NCBI GenBank assembly: GCA_013239625.1
Contig: MU054400.1
Coordinates: forward strand, 4,217,802 to 4,281,801
Direction of reading: 5' to 3'
Length of the DNA stretch: 64,000 bases
Source: Lama guanicoe
Lineage: Eukaryota
Positions 1 through 14,168 of this stretch are shown here, one piece after another. A program made the position numbers and the translations under genes. Under the pieces are notes generated by a model. It ran no database searches and had not been told where the DNA came from. It saw nothing but the letters and a program-made list of their open reading frames with translations. Numbering within the stretch: position 1 is the stretch's first letter; every line of letters begins with the position of its first letter.

Positions 1-360
1 ACAAGCGTGTTTATTTCTCACTTGTGCTCCAGTGTGATGCATGTCAGATGGCTCACCTGTGTGACTCTCCTCCACGCTGTGACTCAGGGACCCAGGCTTC
101 TTCCGTCTTATGTTTACTCCGTCCTCAACATGTAGCTTCTACAAATGCTGCAGCATGGCAACAGTGGGAGTTGAGAGATTCATGCAGAGGATTTCTATGG
201 GCAGTCCTGGAAATACTGTGCATAACATCTGCTCACATAATATTGCCCAGGATGCAGTCAAATGACCTCAAGCTAACTGCAAAGGTAACTGGGAAAGAGA
301 GTCTTAATGTGCACCCAGAAAGAAAGAACAATATTTGGTAATTATCTAGTCTCTGCCACA
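1..360 (-). mobile_element. Old MaLR LTR fragment (MLT1J/K-like)
   Basis: Resembles recalled late MLT1 consensus and ends in GTCTCTGCCACA. Confidence 0.5.
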
Positions 361-849
361 TTTTGGGAATAAAATGATGGTCCAACATAAGAAAGAATGT
401 TATTTTTACTTCCTTATAGAAAGAAAAATCTGAAGAGTCATTGTTTATCACTTAAACTAACATCTAGTTAGACTTGGGTTTGAGTCCCGGGCTCTGTTTT
501 CCTAGATGTATGAAGTAGTTTTCATATTTGAGCTAGCCTTTAGGGAAACATTGATTTAAATAATAATATTTGATTATATTGATGAAGTCAATGATATTAA
601 CTGCGCATTTGTAATGTATATTGAGTACGAATGTAGGAATTCTGTGGAGGCCAGTACCCACACAGACGTGCACACACGCATGCACACACAGGCTCCAGCC
701 CCTCATCCCAAATCCAGCTCTAGGAACTATGAAGAGTTAGAGAGTCAAAATTAGCCGCCAGTAAAACAACATGAAATCCACAATTAAGTGCTGGATTGTA
801 AGGTTCTGACTACAAGGCACAGCTTGCAAGCTCTCAGCTTCTCTGCTGA

Positions 850-1548
850 GCTGATCTCATTTTGTTTGGACCACACAGGGTTTGTTTTCCAAGTCTGAAG
901 TGACATTTTCCAAATCTAAAGATTTTACTCTAAAATTTTCTTGGATAATTTGAAAACCTGGCAACACTGGACTGGCATTCTCCCATGGTAGCCACAGAAA
1001 GAGTTGTATGGTAGTTGGCCCCGCGAGATGGGGGAGGCCTCTCTAGTTTGCCACAGGCCACACCACTCCCTAATGGGACCCACAGCAGGGAATCAATGAT
1101 CATCATCATCATTTGTCATGTGATCACCATGTTGTTTTCCTCTTATTTAAAAAATATTTCTCTATACTTATATCATCATCAAAATTAGGAAATGACAAAT
1201 AGAACAAGAAAATCTTGTGTCTCACAATATGTATGAGACAGTGAACATTTTGAGAGGCTGAAGGAAATTCTTAAACATTTCCTGTGCAAAAAGATTGTGC
1301 CTGCATCCCCCAAAATATAACCTGCACCTGCTGTACATTATCAGCCTGGCCTGGTAGCCACTTAAAAAAAAATACAATTTAGATATCATAAAATTCCCCT
1401 GTAGGAAGTGTACATTTCAATAATTTTAGTGAACTTTTTGAGATGCACAACCATTATCACAATCAAAACTTTCAAAGCATTTCCATCACCCCCAAAGTTC
1501 CCTTGTGTTCACTTAGTCATTCTCTGCACCCACCCTCAGCCCCAGGCA
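850..1548. mobile_element. hAT-Charlie fossil (MER113-like) interrupted by an L1 3' end at about 1363-1515
   Basis: Contains GAAAACCTGGCAACACTGG, CATCAAAATTAGGAAATGACAAATAGA and CATTATCAGCCTGGCCTGGTAG, similar to recalled MER113. The insert has L1MB-like minus-strand 3' UTR motifs. Confidence 0.5.
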
Positions 1549-4324
1549 ACCACAGGTCTGCTTCCTTTCTCTATCCAAGACACACAGGAGGTTTGAAATG
1601 ATGCTCTGAGTGCCACAAGGTGTTCCAAGAAGGACCACTTCATGAAAAGGGGCAGATTCTGACGGTTTGTATAGATGGTGACAAAAGGGAAAAGTATTCT
1701 GGGGCTGCTGTCATTCTTGGCTTAACAGCTCTTTGCAACCCCAGATTCTTCCATGGAATAATGTCACTAATGGCCTGAGGATGGACAAGGTAACTTTTCT
1801 TTGAATTTGTGATCTAATAAGTGAAAATTTCAGAAAAAAAAATGATACAAATCACATCATATGACTAGATTTATGTTTTTCATTATTCCTTATAAATCAA
1901 ATAATACAAATGGATAATAAACAAATCAAATGTCTCCATTGGGCATGTCTTCTTTCCACCTGGTGGGGACTCAGAGATCCTTGAAAATGCAGAGCAAATC
2001 ATCCATCTTCATAGTTCCATCAAAGATCACGCTAACTCCTAATAAATCCTCTCTTTTGAGACCTCAGAACATTTATAATCTGTACCCTCTCATTAGGATA
2101 ATTGATTGAGGTTTCTCCTATAATTCTTCAGTAGTTTCTTGTGCTGTTCAGTTCTTGTCTTTGTATAATTTAGTTTGACACATGTTTATCATATCACCCC
2201 GAATGTCGTTTCCTTTATGTTTAGGGACAGTTACAGTTTCTTCAGCATTTTTGTATTCTTTGCACAAAACCTTTATCCTGTCATTCCTGTAGTAGGTGTT
2301 TAATAAAACTTGCTGGTGAACAAATGTCACTTTTGAAATATATTTAAGGATTATAATTTAGTGATTCTGCAGCATTGAATGCAATAAAAATAAAATGAGT
2401 TGGTTTTGTCAATATAGAAAGGATTTAGTAAGGGTTTTTTTTTTTCTTTTTCCTTTCAACATTGCAACTAAGACCCCTGAAACCGCCCCAAACAAGCAGT
2501 TAGTCTGCTCATTTTAGTGTCTTAACAACTGAATTAGATCAATGGTTCAATTTAATCCATTGTTCACAGCTTAGCCATTTAATCAATTAAAAAAGGAAGT
2601 CTGGGCCAGCCACTTTTCTTTTGCTTCTGGGTGTTTTGTTTTTGTATTCTTTCTGTTGCTATCTTGGTGTCCCTCTATGGCTTTGTGCCTACTTTTCCCA
2701 TCTCTGCTTGAGTCTCTCAATTTCTCTCTCTGTCTCAATCTCTCTCTTCCCATCCCCCTCTCTCCCTGTGTCTCTCTGACTCTGTCTCTGTCTCTTTCCT
2801 CTGTTCTACCCTCTTGTCCAATTGCATCTCTGCTGTGGCCTGTTTGGTGCTGGGTCTCTCTCTGGCCCTTGCACTGTGAGCATCCTTCAAGTTCAGGACA
2901 TTTTCAGTGTGCCAGCACTGGCTTGCCTCATGCAGCCAGCTCAGGAAGTCATTTGTGGATTCAAAAGAGGTCATATGAGACGTACAGGCAGCCTTTAACT
3001 TCCCATTAAGATATTTGTGCTAATATAACAAAATGAAGAAAAAAAAAAAGACAAGGTGAAGAAAGAAAAATAGTAAACTCTTCATACAGAATAACTGAAA
3101 TATTTTAGAACATAATGAAAATGCCACATCATAAAATCTTAATCTTTGCTTTGAGCCAAGTGGAATTTACTTAGCAAAGGCCATTTACTAGGAAAGAATC
3201 TATAGATTTGAATGAGCTGCAATTTTGTATGAAAAGTATGTCATTCACCCTCTTTTTTGATGTTTCTCTCTCAAAATACAAGGACAACGCTTTTTAAAAA
3301 TCTGTAAAATCATCTTTTTGGGCCCAGGTTGTAAGCTGATTGAAGAAAATACACTACAAACAGGATTTCTCTTTTAAATGTAATTTTTTTCACTCACATC
3401 TGATATTCTCTATCAACATACTTTGACATCTTGCAAAAAAAATTTTCTCAAATAAATAAGTGCACCTTCCAGGGAGAAAAGAATTATACAGATGTTGCAT
3501 CCTCTCCCCACCGCAAGACTGTCCCCCCAAAACCTCTGAGCTTTCCCACTACTTCGTATTCATTAATTAGTCTGAGGTTCCCTCCGTGTTCCGTTTACAA
3601 AGCCACTTAAACCCACGCACCCATTTAACATATTTATGACCCCAGTTTTCTTTCTGTTCTCTGAGACTGTACCGTAATTGTTCTCTGGACCCAGGGACTG
3701 CAGAGAGCCTTCCCTGCTGAAAAGAGACAACATAAAGAAGGAAATGAATGTGTGCGGGTTGAATACCTTCAACAAAACGACTGGGTGCAGTTTGGCCCCT
3801 GCCCCCCCTCCTCCCGGGGTCACTTTAATTGAGTGGAGCCTCACCCTCTATTGAGTGTATGGGAGACTATTAACTCTTAACAACACTCCGTCTCAGGTTA
3901 TTTATTTATTGCTTAAATGATTTGTTATTGCTTCTTGAATTTAATACACCCTCTGGGAACCAAGATGGCGGCATCATGTTACAGAAAACCTACAAGTTAT
4001 TTTAAAACTGTAATTGACATTTTACGAGAGCCGTAAAATCTTTCTGAACAAATAACTTACCATTAGTCAGAAACTTCAGCAGGAGATCTGTAAAATTAAG
4101 GATCGGGGAGAACAGTACTGTACTTGTGTGTCTGTCTGCCTGTGCGCTGGGGAGGGTGGGGCTGGAGGCGAGCAGAGAAGCAGCAGAGAAATTCCCACTG
4201 ATTGTTTCGCGGGGCTTCCCTGCCTCTTGATTTAAATCATCGTGCTTTTGAGTCAGAGGACTCTGGGAAATGGTGCCGAGGATTCCCAGGAAGGATGAAC
4301 TGCATTCGATGAGCACATTTTTTT

Positions 4325-5428
4325 TTTTTAACAGATCGCAGGTTGGGCTGCTCTCTGCTCAAAAGTCAACAATTTGAGAAAGAAGTATTGGTAGAAAGGA
4401 AAGGTGCTTTAATCAGAAAAGCCGGCAATCTGGGCAGATGGTGGACTCCTGTCCAGAAACCATCTCTGAAGATTCTGCTCAGCCATGACAGCTGTTAAAG
4501 GAGAAAATGGGGGGAAGAATCTGAGTGAACCCTGGAGGCAGAGGTTGGATTCTGCATCAGTCTCCATTGTGCGCAGACTGGCTGACTCTCTTCAGGTGCT
4601 ATTCTGCCCACCCCCCCACCGCGATCTGCCCATAGGACTGCTAACGGGGCTCCTCAGGGTAGGTAGAGAGCTAATCATTCTTTAACTACTTAATTCTTCA
4701 TTCTTACTTCTTTTTATCTAGAAAAAGAATCAACAGTTTAGGCAAGGCATGGTGTGCATTCAGGAGAGCCTACGTCAGAAGTTAGTTTCAATTGCATGGT
4801 GAGCTCAATCCTAAAATTAGGCGCTTTTAAGGGGCAGAAATGGGCCAACAGGAAAGGCACAGAAGAGCTGTTGCAATTTCAGGTGACCACCTCGGGTCTT
4901 CCATTTTGCCATTAATTGAAGCCCTTCCAGGCCAGACACCAGCGCAGTCCACTGTGGCCATGCCGTCCAGCTTAGCTGGGCCAGCGTTACCAGTTACAAC
5001 AACCTCCTTGGGCTGAGTCCCAATCGTATGTGGATCCTTCAGACCCATTGTAAGAGCCGCGAGAGCCCATCATTGAAAGGTTTGGACCATCCTGTTTCCT
5101 GGCCCAGTTAAGTTTAGTATTTTTGGCATTGCTTTAACATCATAATAGGAAAGGCTGGTTGTAAAATCCACAATTCTGACAATAGTATGTGCTAATGTTC
5201 TATTTCTTGGGATGCTGAATGGACGTGCCAATGACAGCCCCTTCCAGGATTGAAGCACTCATTCCCCCAGTGGTTCTGTCCAAATATTAATAATGATACA
5301 AATAAATCCAAGACATATTATCAGGAGCAATGAGTCACGTGTTGCCCTTAGAGACAAACGCCATTTGGAGAAAGCAGTATGCCACTGGGAGTTGGCAAAG
5401 AGGCCAGCAGTGGGGTTTGTCTTCTCAC
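4325..5428 (-). mobile_element. ERV1-class solo LTR (cetartiodactyl type), about 1.1 kb
   Basis: The left end GCAGGTTGGGCTGCTCTCTGCTCAAAAG...GGTAGAAAGGAAAGGTGCTTTAATC is typical of a reversed U5/polyA region. The right boundary is uncertain. Confidence 0.5.
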
Positions 5429-6289
5429 AGCATCATGCCAGCCCCCAGCCCCACTGGCATCCAGCATTCCAGCAGCATCCATGGTAAGGTCTTAGGGACA
5501 TCATGGAATAGACCTCTCCGAGTCCCCTGTACCATCTGCATTTGAAGGGAAAACTCTCAGGAAAGGAGGGAGAGACCACTAGAAGCATTTTAAGAAAGGC
5601 TTATCTATTGGTTGGTTTTGATGCTTGTCTGTTGGTTGGTTCTGATGTTTGGTGAATCATTTCAAATCATTTTCCTCACAGGATCATCCTCTGAGTAAGG
5701 GTTGGTTCCAAATCCACTAGACCAGCTAAGCAAAGCAAAGGACTGTCACACATCAGCTTTTTTGTTTCAGCTGAGTTGACTCGCAGTAAATAAATTTAAG
5801 AATTTTTGTCTTCCTAAATACGCCAGAGGTTGTTTGCTGGTGAGAGATTTATCATCAATGAACTCTCCAGTTATCTCAAAACCAACCAAAAACGGTGCCT
5901 ACCTTTAGGGGGAAAAAAATGTTAAAATGCAAATTATAAGTTAAACTAGGGAAGGGCTACACCCATGTGATAGTTAAATAATATGAGCCTCTGAGTTACC
6001 TGAGAAAAAGATAAACACTTTGATGAGAAATCTGCAAGACAGAAAAAATTAAAGCGTCGATTGGGAAGAAATATAAACCCAAGAGAAAGTATCTCTGATG
6101 TATGTTTTATACATCATTATGCATAAATACAATTCTAATGGCAAACAACGGGGATAAAAATAGGATGTGGGCACAAATTGAGGGAATATGAATCCTTCTG
6201 TACACCCTGGAAAGTTTAAGAAATGAGATGACTTTGCCCAATTCTAGCTTGACACTATGCTGGGCTGGTGCTAATTCAACTGAGTCGTT

Positions 6290-6796
6290 TGTGGATGTGG
6301 CAACTTATAGTTGCCCTCCAAGACATCTCATCCCACAGGTTGCACTCGGTGTGGCTTTGACAATTCTCCCCCTGAGAGATGAGGTTCACGTCCCTCCCTC
6401 TGAACCTGACTAGGCAGAAGTGATGCCCCATGACTTCCAAGGTTAGGTCTCCCTGTGCCTCCTGGGATACCTGCTCTTGGACTGCAGGCACCGTGCTGTG
6501 AGAGGAAGCCCAGACGGCCCCTCGGAGGCTCTGTGCAGAGAGGACCCAGGATCTGAAATCTCGAGCTCCCTACCCTTGGGCTCCCAACCAAACCCAGAAC
6601 CAACTCTTCAGCCAAGTGAGTAAACCATCTTGAAAGTCAATTCTCCAGCCCTAAGTCAAGCTGGTCCAGCTGACTCTGGATGGGGCAGAGAGACCAATCA
6701 AAATTGCAGATTTATGTGCAAAATAAATGACTTTTTGTTATGTTAAGCCACTAAGTCGCGGGGTGGTTTGTCCTGTAGCAACAGATAATTAATACA
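6290..6796 (+). mobile_element. MaLR LTR (MLT1F/G/H-like)
   Basis: Has the characteristic MLT1 3' end TTAAGCCACTAAGT...GGTGGTTTGT...AGATAATTAATACA. Confidence 0.7.
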
Positions 6797-7917
6797 AGGC
6801 CTTCCCCAGACACGCTGCAGGGCTGTGCAAACATCCCAGGGATCCCAACCAGAGCTAAATGCTGGGGGAAAGGAGCTCTGGTACTTGGGCTTCTGGTTAA
6901 AGCTGAGATCCCACTGGCCAAGCCAATGAGGGATCCTGAAGTCTAGCATCTTTGGTTCCTCTTTGGGTAGAAAATGAGCTGTGGGTACTTGTCTATCCCA
7001 AAGGACCACTCATAGCCATCCTTCCACTGCCTCACCCTCACCACTGGCACATGGACCAGGAAACCCCATCACCTCCCTCTCTTTCCCTTTCCAAGGACCT
7101 CTTCCCTCATCTTCTTGACTGTGTTCTCCATCCTCTCTTGTGGCAAGAGAGTCAAGGGGCCTTCTTGGAACAGAAAGGGAATGATACTGAGATGGGAAAA
7201 CACACACACAATAACTCAATAATTTACCTGTCACATTTTAATTTTGTTTGGGAGGCCACTGAGGGAACAGAATGGTCACAAGAAAGAGAATATTATTGAT
7301 AATTATGGGATTAAAAAAAACATTATGAGCCAGATGATTTTAAAGTACATTCAGGGATTAACTATTTCTCAGCGTTTATGCAAACACACATACTGTACAC
7401 ACATTATGGGAAATAATGCAAGACTGACTAACCTCAGGAGAGTAAAAATAGACAGCCACAGCAACAGCATTCTCAGTTAGATTTTAAAAAAGAAAAGAAT
7501 ACTAAATTGGGGTTCAGGAAGTCAGAATTTCCATCCTAGCTTTGCTGACGTATCCTGAGAATGTAGCAATCTGTTCCAAAGCTTAGTTTTCTCATCGGGG
7601 AGATGAAAGATGGAACAGGATCATCTTGAAGATCCCTTAAGCTCCACAATCCCATGATTCCTGTACAAGTCATGCTAATACAGGCCGGTTCAATTAAAGA
7701 CCAATCTGGTTTGTTCTGTGAGAAAATTAGTTGGAATTTGGGTGCAAATGTCAGAATTAGCTGCCACTCTGTGGAACATTGCCAAAAGGCAAATTAGTCT
7801 CACGTAACTTTGTATGTCTCTAAAGTAGCCAAGAGTAAACACGGAGATACAGGAAAGGAGTGGTGAACACATACAGGCTCTATGAACTCACGCTGAGTGA
7901 TAATTAAAATAGTCCAT

Positions 7918-8215
7918 CAGGCAAAACAAACTATGGTTACCAAAGGCGAAAGGGCAGGGAGGGATAAATTAGGGGTTGGGGATTAACGGACACGCACTAC
8001 TGTATATAAAATAGATAAACAACAAGGTCCTACTGTATAGCACAGGGAATCGTATTCAATTTCTTGTAATAACATATAATGGAAAAGAATCTGAAAAGAA
8101 ATGTATATATATATATATACACACACACACATATATATGTAGAACTGAATCACTTTGCTATACACCTGAAACTAACATTGTAAATTGACTACACTTCATT
8201 AAAAAAAATTTTTTT
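7918..8215 (+). mobile_element. 5'-truncated cetartiodactyl L1 3' end with TSD
   Basis: Has L1 3' UTR motifs (AACAACAAGGTCCTACTGTATAGCACAGGGAA) and an A-tail. The 11-bp TSD AAATAGTCCAT is at 7907-7917 and 8216-8226. Confidence 0.88.
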
Positions 8216-9912
8216 AAATAGTCCATGATGTGGCATCATGTGTTCTAATGATTCTCTTTTAGACCCCGGTCGAGTGGGCAAATGTCCATCTACCTGTCCT
8301 TATGCATGCCTGCATGCACATAACGTGCAGTTGTGTGTAACGGTTATTGCGAGATCCCCATCAAGCAGACAGTTCACAGATGAGTTTGATGATCATAATT
8401 TATATATTCCATCTATAGCACATGAAGAAACTCGCAATTGCTTATGTATAATGTTAGTTGTTAAGGCGAATAATAGTCTTAACCTTTTTTTTTTCCTTTC
8501 TTGCCCTTTGTCTAGGAAAAGTGTGTAACACACACAAAAGTGGGCAAAACCCCAGGAGGACAGCTAGTGAAGAGTTAAAACACTGAAAAGTCTGAGAGGT
8601 TGGAGGAGATTTAGTTAGGAAGTAACTGTGAGGTTCAGGGTTGGGAAGGGCAAATGTGAAGTGCAGAATATAACAATCAAACGTAAGATGGTGTTGAGAG
8701 GGGAATTCTTTTTCTTCTCACACACACACAAAGTCTTTTGACAATGATTTCCTAGTATTCTCGGATAAAATACAAGTCTAAACGAGAATTTCTGATTAAG
8801 GAACTTAATATCTCATGACAATAAATAATAATAATAATAATTTGGGGATGCTGACTTTGCCAAAGAGCTGATGAAATCCTCATAAATAATTTTCACATTT
8901 CTTAAAAATTAAAAACAGCCCACTGAAATGATGTGTCTAAATGACATTTATAGTAGCATTGTTCATGAGTGAAATATTAGGAACAATACAACTATCCATC
9001 AGAAGAGGATCTGTTAATGCAGTTATGATCTGTCCACACAGAGGGATACCATGCAGCCTTTACAAAGAATAAGGAGGTTTTCTATGTGTGCGGTCAAAGT
9101 GTAGAAAGCGTCGTGCTGAACAGTGTGGCTGATGTGTGCAGTGGTTTTTGAATGTTTGCTCCTAGCCAGGCTCTGGAAAGATGTACAAAGTAACTGCTAA
9201 CAGTTACTGAGTGGTGGGAAGAAGTAGGCACCACAGCTAGGAGAACATGTTTTGACCTCTACTGTGCAGTCTCTTGTACCTTGTGGAATTATGTATCATG
9301 TGTGAAACAAAATTGTAAGAGAGCATACTACATATGGATGACATCCATGCCATTTTTCACACGGGAACCATAATGGGGAGGTACATACATTGCAGGACCT
9401 CCATCCCTACTCTACTTTCTGTTTCTCCTACCCTCTTTACTCCCATTCTTCCCCTCTCTTTTGTTTAATTATCCTCAATGAGCTTAACTTGAAACATGCA
9501 ATGTAAAAAACAAACAAACAAATAAAAAACACTCCTCCAAAATCAAAAAAAAATAGCAAAATAGAACAGTCAAAAAAAAGCTACATAGAAATCAATCTGA
9601 ATACACTAGCATTTAGCAAAAAATTTTATAGTGAGGAAAGGGGTCACTGTCTTGTCTCCATTGACCCAGCTTTCCTCACCACCATTATTTTGTGTTGAAA
9701 TACACAGAGGCAGGTGTGGACGTGGTCAATGGATACAGGTGACTAAAACCATACCCACAGAACAGATATTCTCAAGAATGATGAGGAAGGAACTGCCAAA
9801 TAAAGAGGATTTCTCTAAACTTAGTGAGTTTACATAAGGCTACTGGGGATATGCATGCCCTGGGAGAGATTTACTTACTTATCTTTAGCGGAGAGGTAGA
9901 GTATTTTATGAC

Positions 9913-10269
9913 TGTCTTAGTCCATTCTGGCTGCTATAACAAAAATCTCATAGACTGAGTGGCTTTAAACAATAGAAATTTATTTCTTAGAATTCTGGAG
10001 GCTGGAAGTCCAAGACTGCAGGCAAATTTGGTATCTGGTAAGTTCTACTTCCTGGTTCATAGACAGTCTTTTCACTGTAATTTCATACAGCAGAAAGGGC
10101 GAGGGTGCTCTCTCAAATCTCTTTTATAAGGGTGTTAGTCTCATGCATCAGGGCTCTGCCCTCGTGACTTTATCACTTCCCCAGAACCTCACCTCTTATT
10201 ACCACCACACTGGGGGTTAGGATTTCAACTTACACATTTTTCAGGGACGTAAACATTCAGATCACAGCA
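9913..10269 (-). mobile_element. Complete MLT1A-like solo LTR (ERVL-MaLR)
   Basis: Termini are TGTCTTAGTCC...CACAGCA, with a perfect 5-bp TSD ATGAC (9908-9912 and 10270-10274). Confidence 0.9.
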
Positions 10270-10444
10270 ATGACCTAGGAGTGGAAAGCTAGACAAGGAA
10301 TGACCACATCTGTATGCCTTTTTTTATATCGACCACACCTTTTTTAGGGTGGTAAATGAAGTATGTAAATAAGAGGCATTTAAGGTAGTCTTAAAGGTAG
10401 ATGAAATAAGGTAGATTAAAGAATAGCAAGCTTGCACTTTTTTC

Positions 10445-10635
10445 GAATGGTGATGTTAATAATAATGGTGATGACTGTAATGATGATGGTTGCAATGATG
10501 ATAATGATGTTTGTGAGGATGGGTGATGATGGTGATGGTGGTGGTGATGATGGTGACTGTGATGATGGTGCTCGTGACTATGATGGTGATGATGGTGGTG
10601 GTGATGATGACTGTGATGATGATGGTGAAGATGAC
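10445..10635. repeat. Degenerate (GAT/GGT)n trinucleotide repeat next to a MIR fragment (about 10640-10790)
   Basis: Direct reading shows GATGATGGTGATGGTGGTGGTGATGAT... followed by MIR-like sequence. Confidence 0.85.
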
Positions 10636-11623
10636 GGCTCTCTTTTATTGTTTAATCCATGCCAGTAACTGTGCAAACTGCTTTATTTACATTATTTCAT
10701 TACATTCTCAGAACAATTCTATAAGACAGGAATTATCTTTATTTTCTAGACTAGAAAGTTTCAAAGAGATCAGGGAACTAAGAAGGTTGCAGCTTTCTCT
10801 GTGGTATTACCAAAGTTAGTGCTGATGTTAATTGTACAGCGTACCTGAATTCAGGCAGACACCATACATGACATCCTTTTCTTTGGAACAAAAAAATCTC
10901 TTCACCAGCCCTGACAGCTCTTCTTTGAAACTGTAAATGTGAATACACCACAGAATTCCTTGTTAGCAGTTTTGGTAGTCAGAAAATGAAATGTGTTACT
11001 CCCTTCATTTTGTTTATTCTCAGGAAGTTTAGCTACAAACCAATGCCATACGGCTCTCTAAAGTCGTGCTTTCAGTGGCCTGGGGCTTTTGCTGACACTG
11101 GGAATTGCATACAATCCACAAAATAGCTCATCCTTGCACAGGGCGTAGAACACGTGGGTGTGCCTGGGTTACACATGCAAGCACCAGCAGGTCAATTCAT
11201 GTTGGCCCAGAGAGACTGAGAACCGTATCTCTACTGTCAAGTCCTCCTGAGCAGGAGAAACGGCCCCTCCTTGAAATTAGCAGGGGAATAGCAGGAGTTT
11301 TCAGCCAAAACCAGCAACGTGGGGTATGAATCCTAGAAAAAGGAACCAGGATTGGTTGGCCCAGGTTTCTCTTCTTACCAACACAGTCTCTCCCTTTATC
11401 TGACAAAGGAATTCTGGGTTCTATGCTGGTTAAAGAAACTGGACACAGTCATGTAGGTTAATATGCATTTGTGCAAAAGATGAAGCAATGTGTGGGTTAT
11501 ACTGAGGAGCTGAGATGCACCACATTGCATGATCTGCCTTCCCCCGCCCCCCACACACACACCATCACACTCAATCCAGGTCACCAGATTTGGCGTTTAC
11601 CCAGTGACTTTAAAGTGACCAGC

Positions 11624-12182
11624 TGTATTAATCATGGCTTTTTATTGTCTGCATTTCTGATGCTTTGACGTCATGGAGCCTTGCTGACCCTGGAGGGACT
11701 GCCCCTCCCTGGGCTCCAATGCCTAGAGACAGTAAAGGATACACCAATGAGAATATCTTTCAACTGCAAACCAACCAACCCAGAGTCCATACCCACCCTC
11801 CTCCTTTACTGGATTCTCTCATTCCAGACCACTAATTCCCTGCCCTAATCACCCCAGAACCAGACTCCTGATACCTAGAGACACTCCCTACACCCCAGAG
11901 TCCACTGAATCTACTTCAACAAGCCAATCCTGAACCTGCTTGTACTGCTTTGCCGACCCCTCCTTGCAGAAACCACAGTGAAGGCACTTGTCCTCGTCTT
12001 CCTCCTGCTCCCTCTGCCTCCTGACTGACCCTGGTGCTTCCCCAGGTGGCCCTGGCTGGTGCAGCATCCCCCCCCCACCCCCAACCTTGGGAACTGTAAG
12101 CAACTATCTGTCCACTGGTATTATTTTCTGATCTGTTGACCTCACCACTCCTGAAAGATAACAAAACCCACATTTTAAAACA
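11624..12182 (+). mobile_element. MER74-like ERVL solo LTR
   Basis: TGTATTAATCATG...CCTTGCTGACCCTGGAGGGACTGCCCCTCCC...CACATTTTAAAACA follows the recalled MER74A consensus from end to end. Confidence 0.85.
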
Positions 12183-13914
12183 TCATCTTCCAGATGTGCT
12201 GAAGTTTCCTGGGCCCAGATAATGTGACGACTTCCTTTTGGTGGCACCAGTGCAGTTTCCCCCTCCAACAAAAGACATCCTTCCTGGGAAGTTAACCCAA
12301 GTGGTGGATGTAAACAGAATGAATTCCAAGCACGCTCTTCCCTAGGAAGTAGGACAAAAGTCAGTTGGAAACTTAGTGCATATCATTGTGCGATTTCAAT
12401 CCATCTCAAAGCAGGGGGTCAGGGACATTCTCTAGTATCAAACTGTCCTTCCATAAATATACCATATGCTCTGAAATCTGCCTTTGAACAAAGCTGAGGG
12501 CATTAGCGCCAGGCGGGGGCCAAGGGTGCCCTTCTTGGGTCAACTCCTTCTCCTGTTAAAAACTTCTGTTGGTTTCCCATTAACCTCACCAGTGGATCCA
12601 ACTTTCGTCATTTACCAGAGCACTTTTCATTCTAATGTGTAATCTAACAAAGCCCCTTAAGAATGTTTTTAATCATTTCTTGATTTTTTATAGAATGTGA
12701 TAAAAATTATCTCAAGTGAAATATTTATTTTATATATAAGTATATTTGCACAGATTGTAAAATTCCTTTCTCACCTGAAAATTCCATAAATCAGTAGCAC
12801 ATAAAGATAAATTTTGACTTTTTCCCAGTTAATATGACCCACTCCCTCAGGTGACTGTAAATTAATTGTGTGTAAGGAAAGACATTATTTATTGATGAAT
12901 ATCTTACTAAATGATGTGTTATATGCGATTTGGGTTGTGTAAAAATATATATTATAATGCAGATTGAAACTGAACTAACTTGTCACAGCCTCACCATCGA
13001 CATAAAAGTCAGACTGGGGAACTATCTTTACTCATGGCTACTGATGATGGAGTCCTTCGTCTAGGCTCCTTTCTGACGAGTCTCGAACCTCAGACTCCCC
13101 TGAGGCAGTTCATTCGCTCACAAAATCTCCTCCCTTCTTTCCTGAATCTGATCCCAGGGGGCCGGTGTAAGATCTTTGCAAGCACAGATGGACAAGTGCG
13201 CATCTTGGACCACAATGCATTGCCAAGCCATCTCTGCCTCGGTGTGTTATGCACTTTGAGATGAGAAAGAGTTCTGTTCTGATGAAGCCCAAACAAAAAG
13301 GCCGGGGTCTTTTGTTCCACCATAAGTGCTAAATGCTCTTTGATTGAGAGCTGTGATTAGAACAAACACGAATTACTTTGTTAATGAGGAAAAGATGCTT
13401 TTTTCATCTGTGCTTTTGACTCAATAATCTGGAAATCCAGGCTAAGGAAATGCCAGTAATACAAAACATCCTGGCAATTTCACCAACTAAGATGTTCGGG
13501 ATAGTAACATCAAAAAGCAGAAAATAATAGGAATGTGTTTGGAAAATTATAGTCTACTATTAAAATGATAATTATACAGTCCAAAGAGGTACACAAATAT
13601 ACATATTAGCCACACATAGAAGGGCAGAAAACAGTAATATCTACAAGTAGAACAAGTTTTTAAATTTATTCTATCATTACAATAAAGTTAAATCCTTGTA
13701 GGTGCATAAAAATCAAGAAACCACAAAGAAATTTGACTTGTTGCTGCAAGACGGATTATAAAGTAGACTGAATTAACAACTTTTTGTGATTGACATAAAG
13801 TTGTCTGATAATAATTAAAATGGGAAACTTTTCAAAGAAAAAAACCGTATGTCTTTTGAGGGACCATTGTGACACCTCCAGCTAGAACATACCCCTTAAA
13901 AGCAAAAGATGATG

Positions 13915-14168
13915 TACCGTGTAATTCCATTTACATGAAATATTCAAAATAAGTAAATTCGTAGAGAAAGAATGCAGACTGGTTGTTGCCAGGGGCTGGA
14001 GGGAGAGGAAACAGGGAGAAACTGCTTATTGGGAACAAGGTTTTATTTCGAAATGATGGCTAATTGTTGGAACTAGGTGGTTGCGCAGTGTAACGTAATA
14101 AATAAACTGTTCACTTTAAATGGTTACTTTCATGTTATGTGAATTTTACCTCAATACATTAAAAAACT
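13915..14168 (+). mobile_element. L1MB-like 3' end
   Basis: Motifs ATTCCATTTACATGAAAT...GGTTGTTGCCAGGGGCTGG...GTGAATTTTACCTCAAT followed by an A-tail. Confidence 0.75.

Noticed and set aside
10432..10819. Met/Val-rich and Asp/Gly-rich ORFs
   Set aside because: They are translations of the (GAT/GGT)n repeat and show no coding signal.
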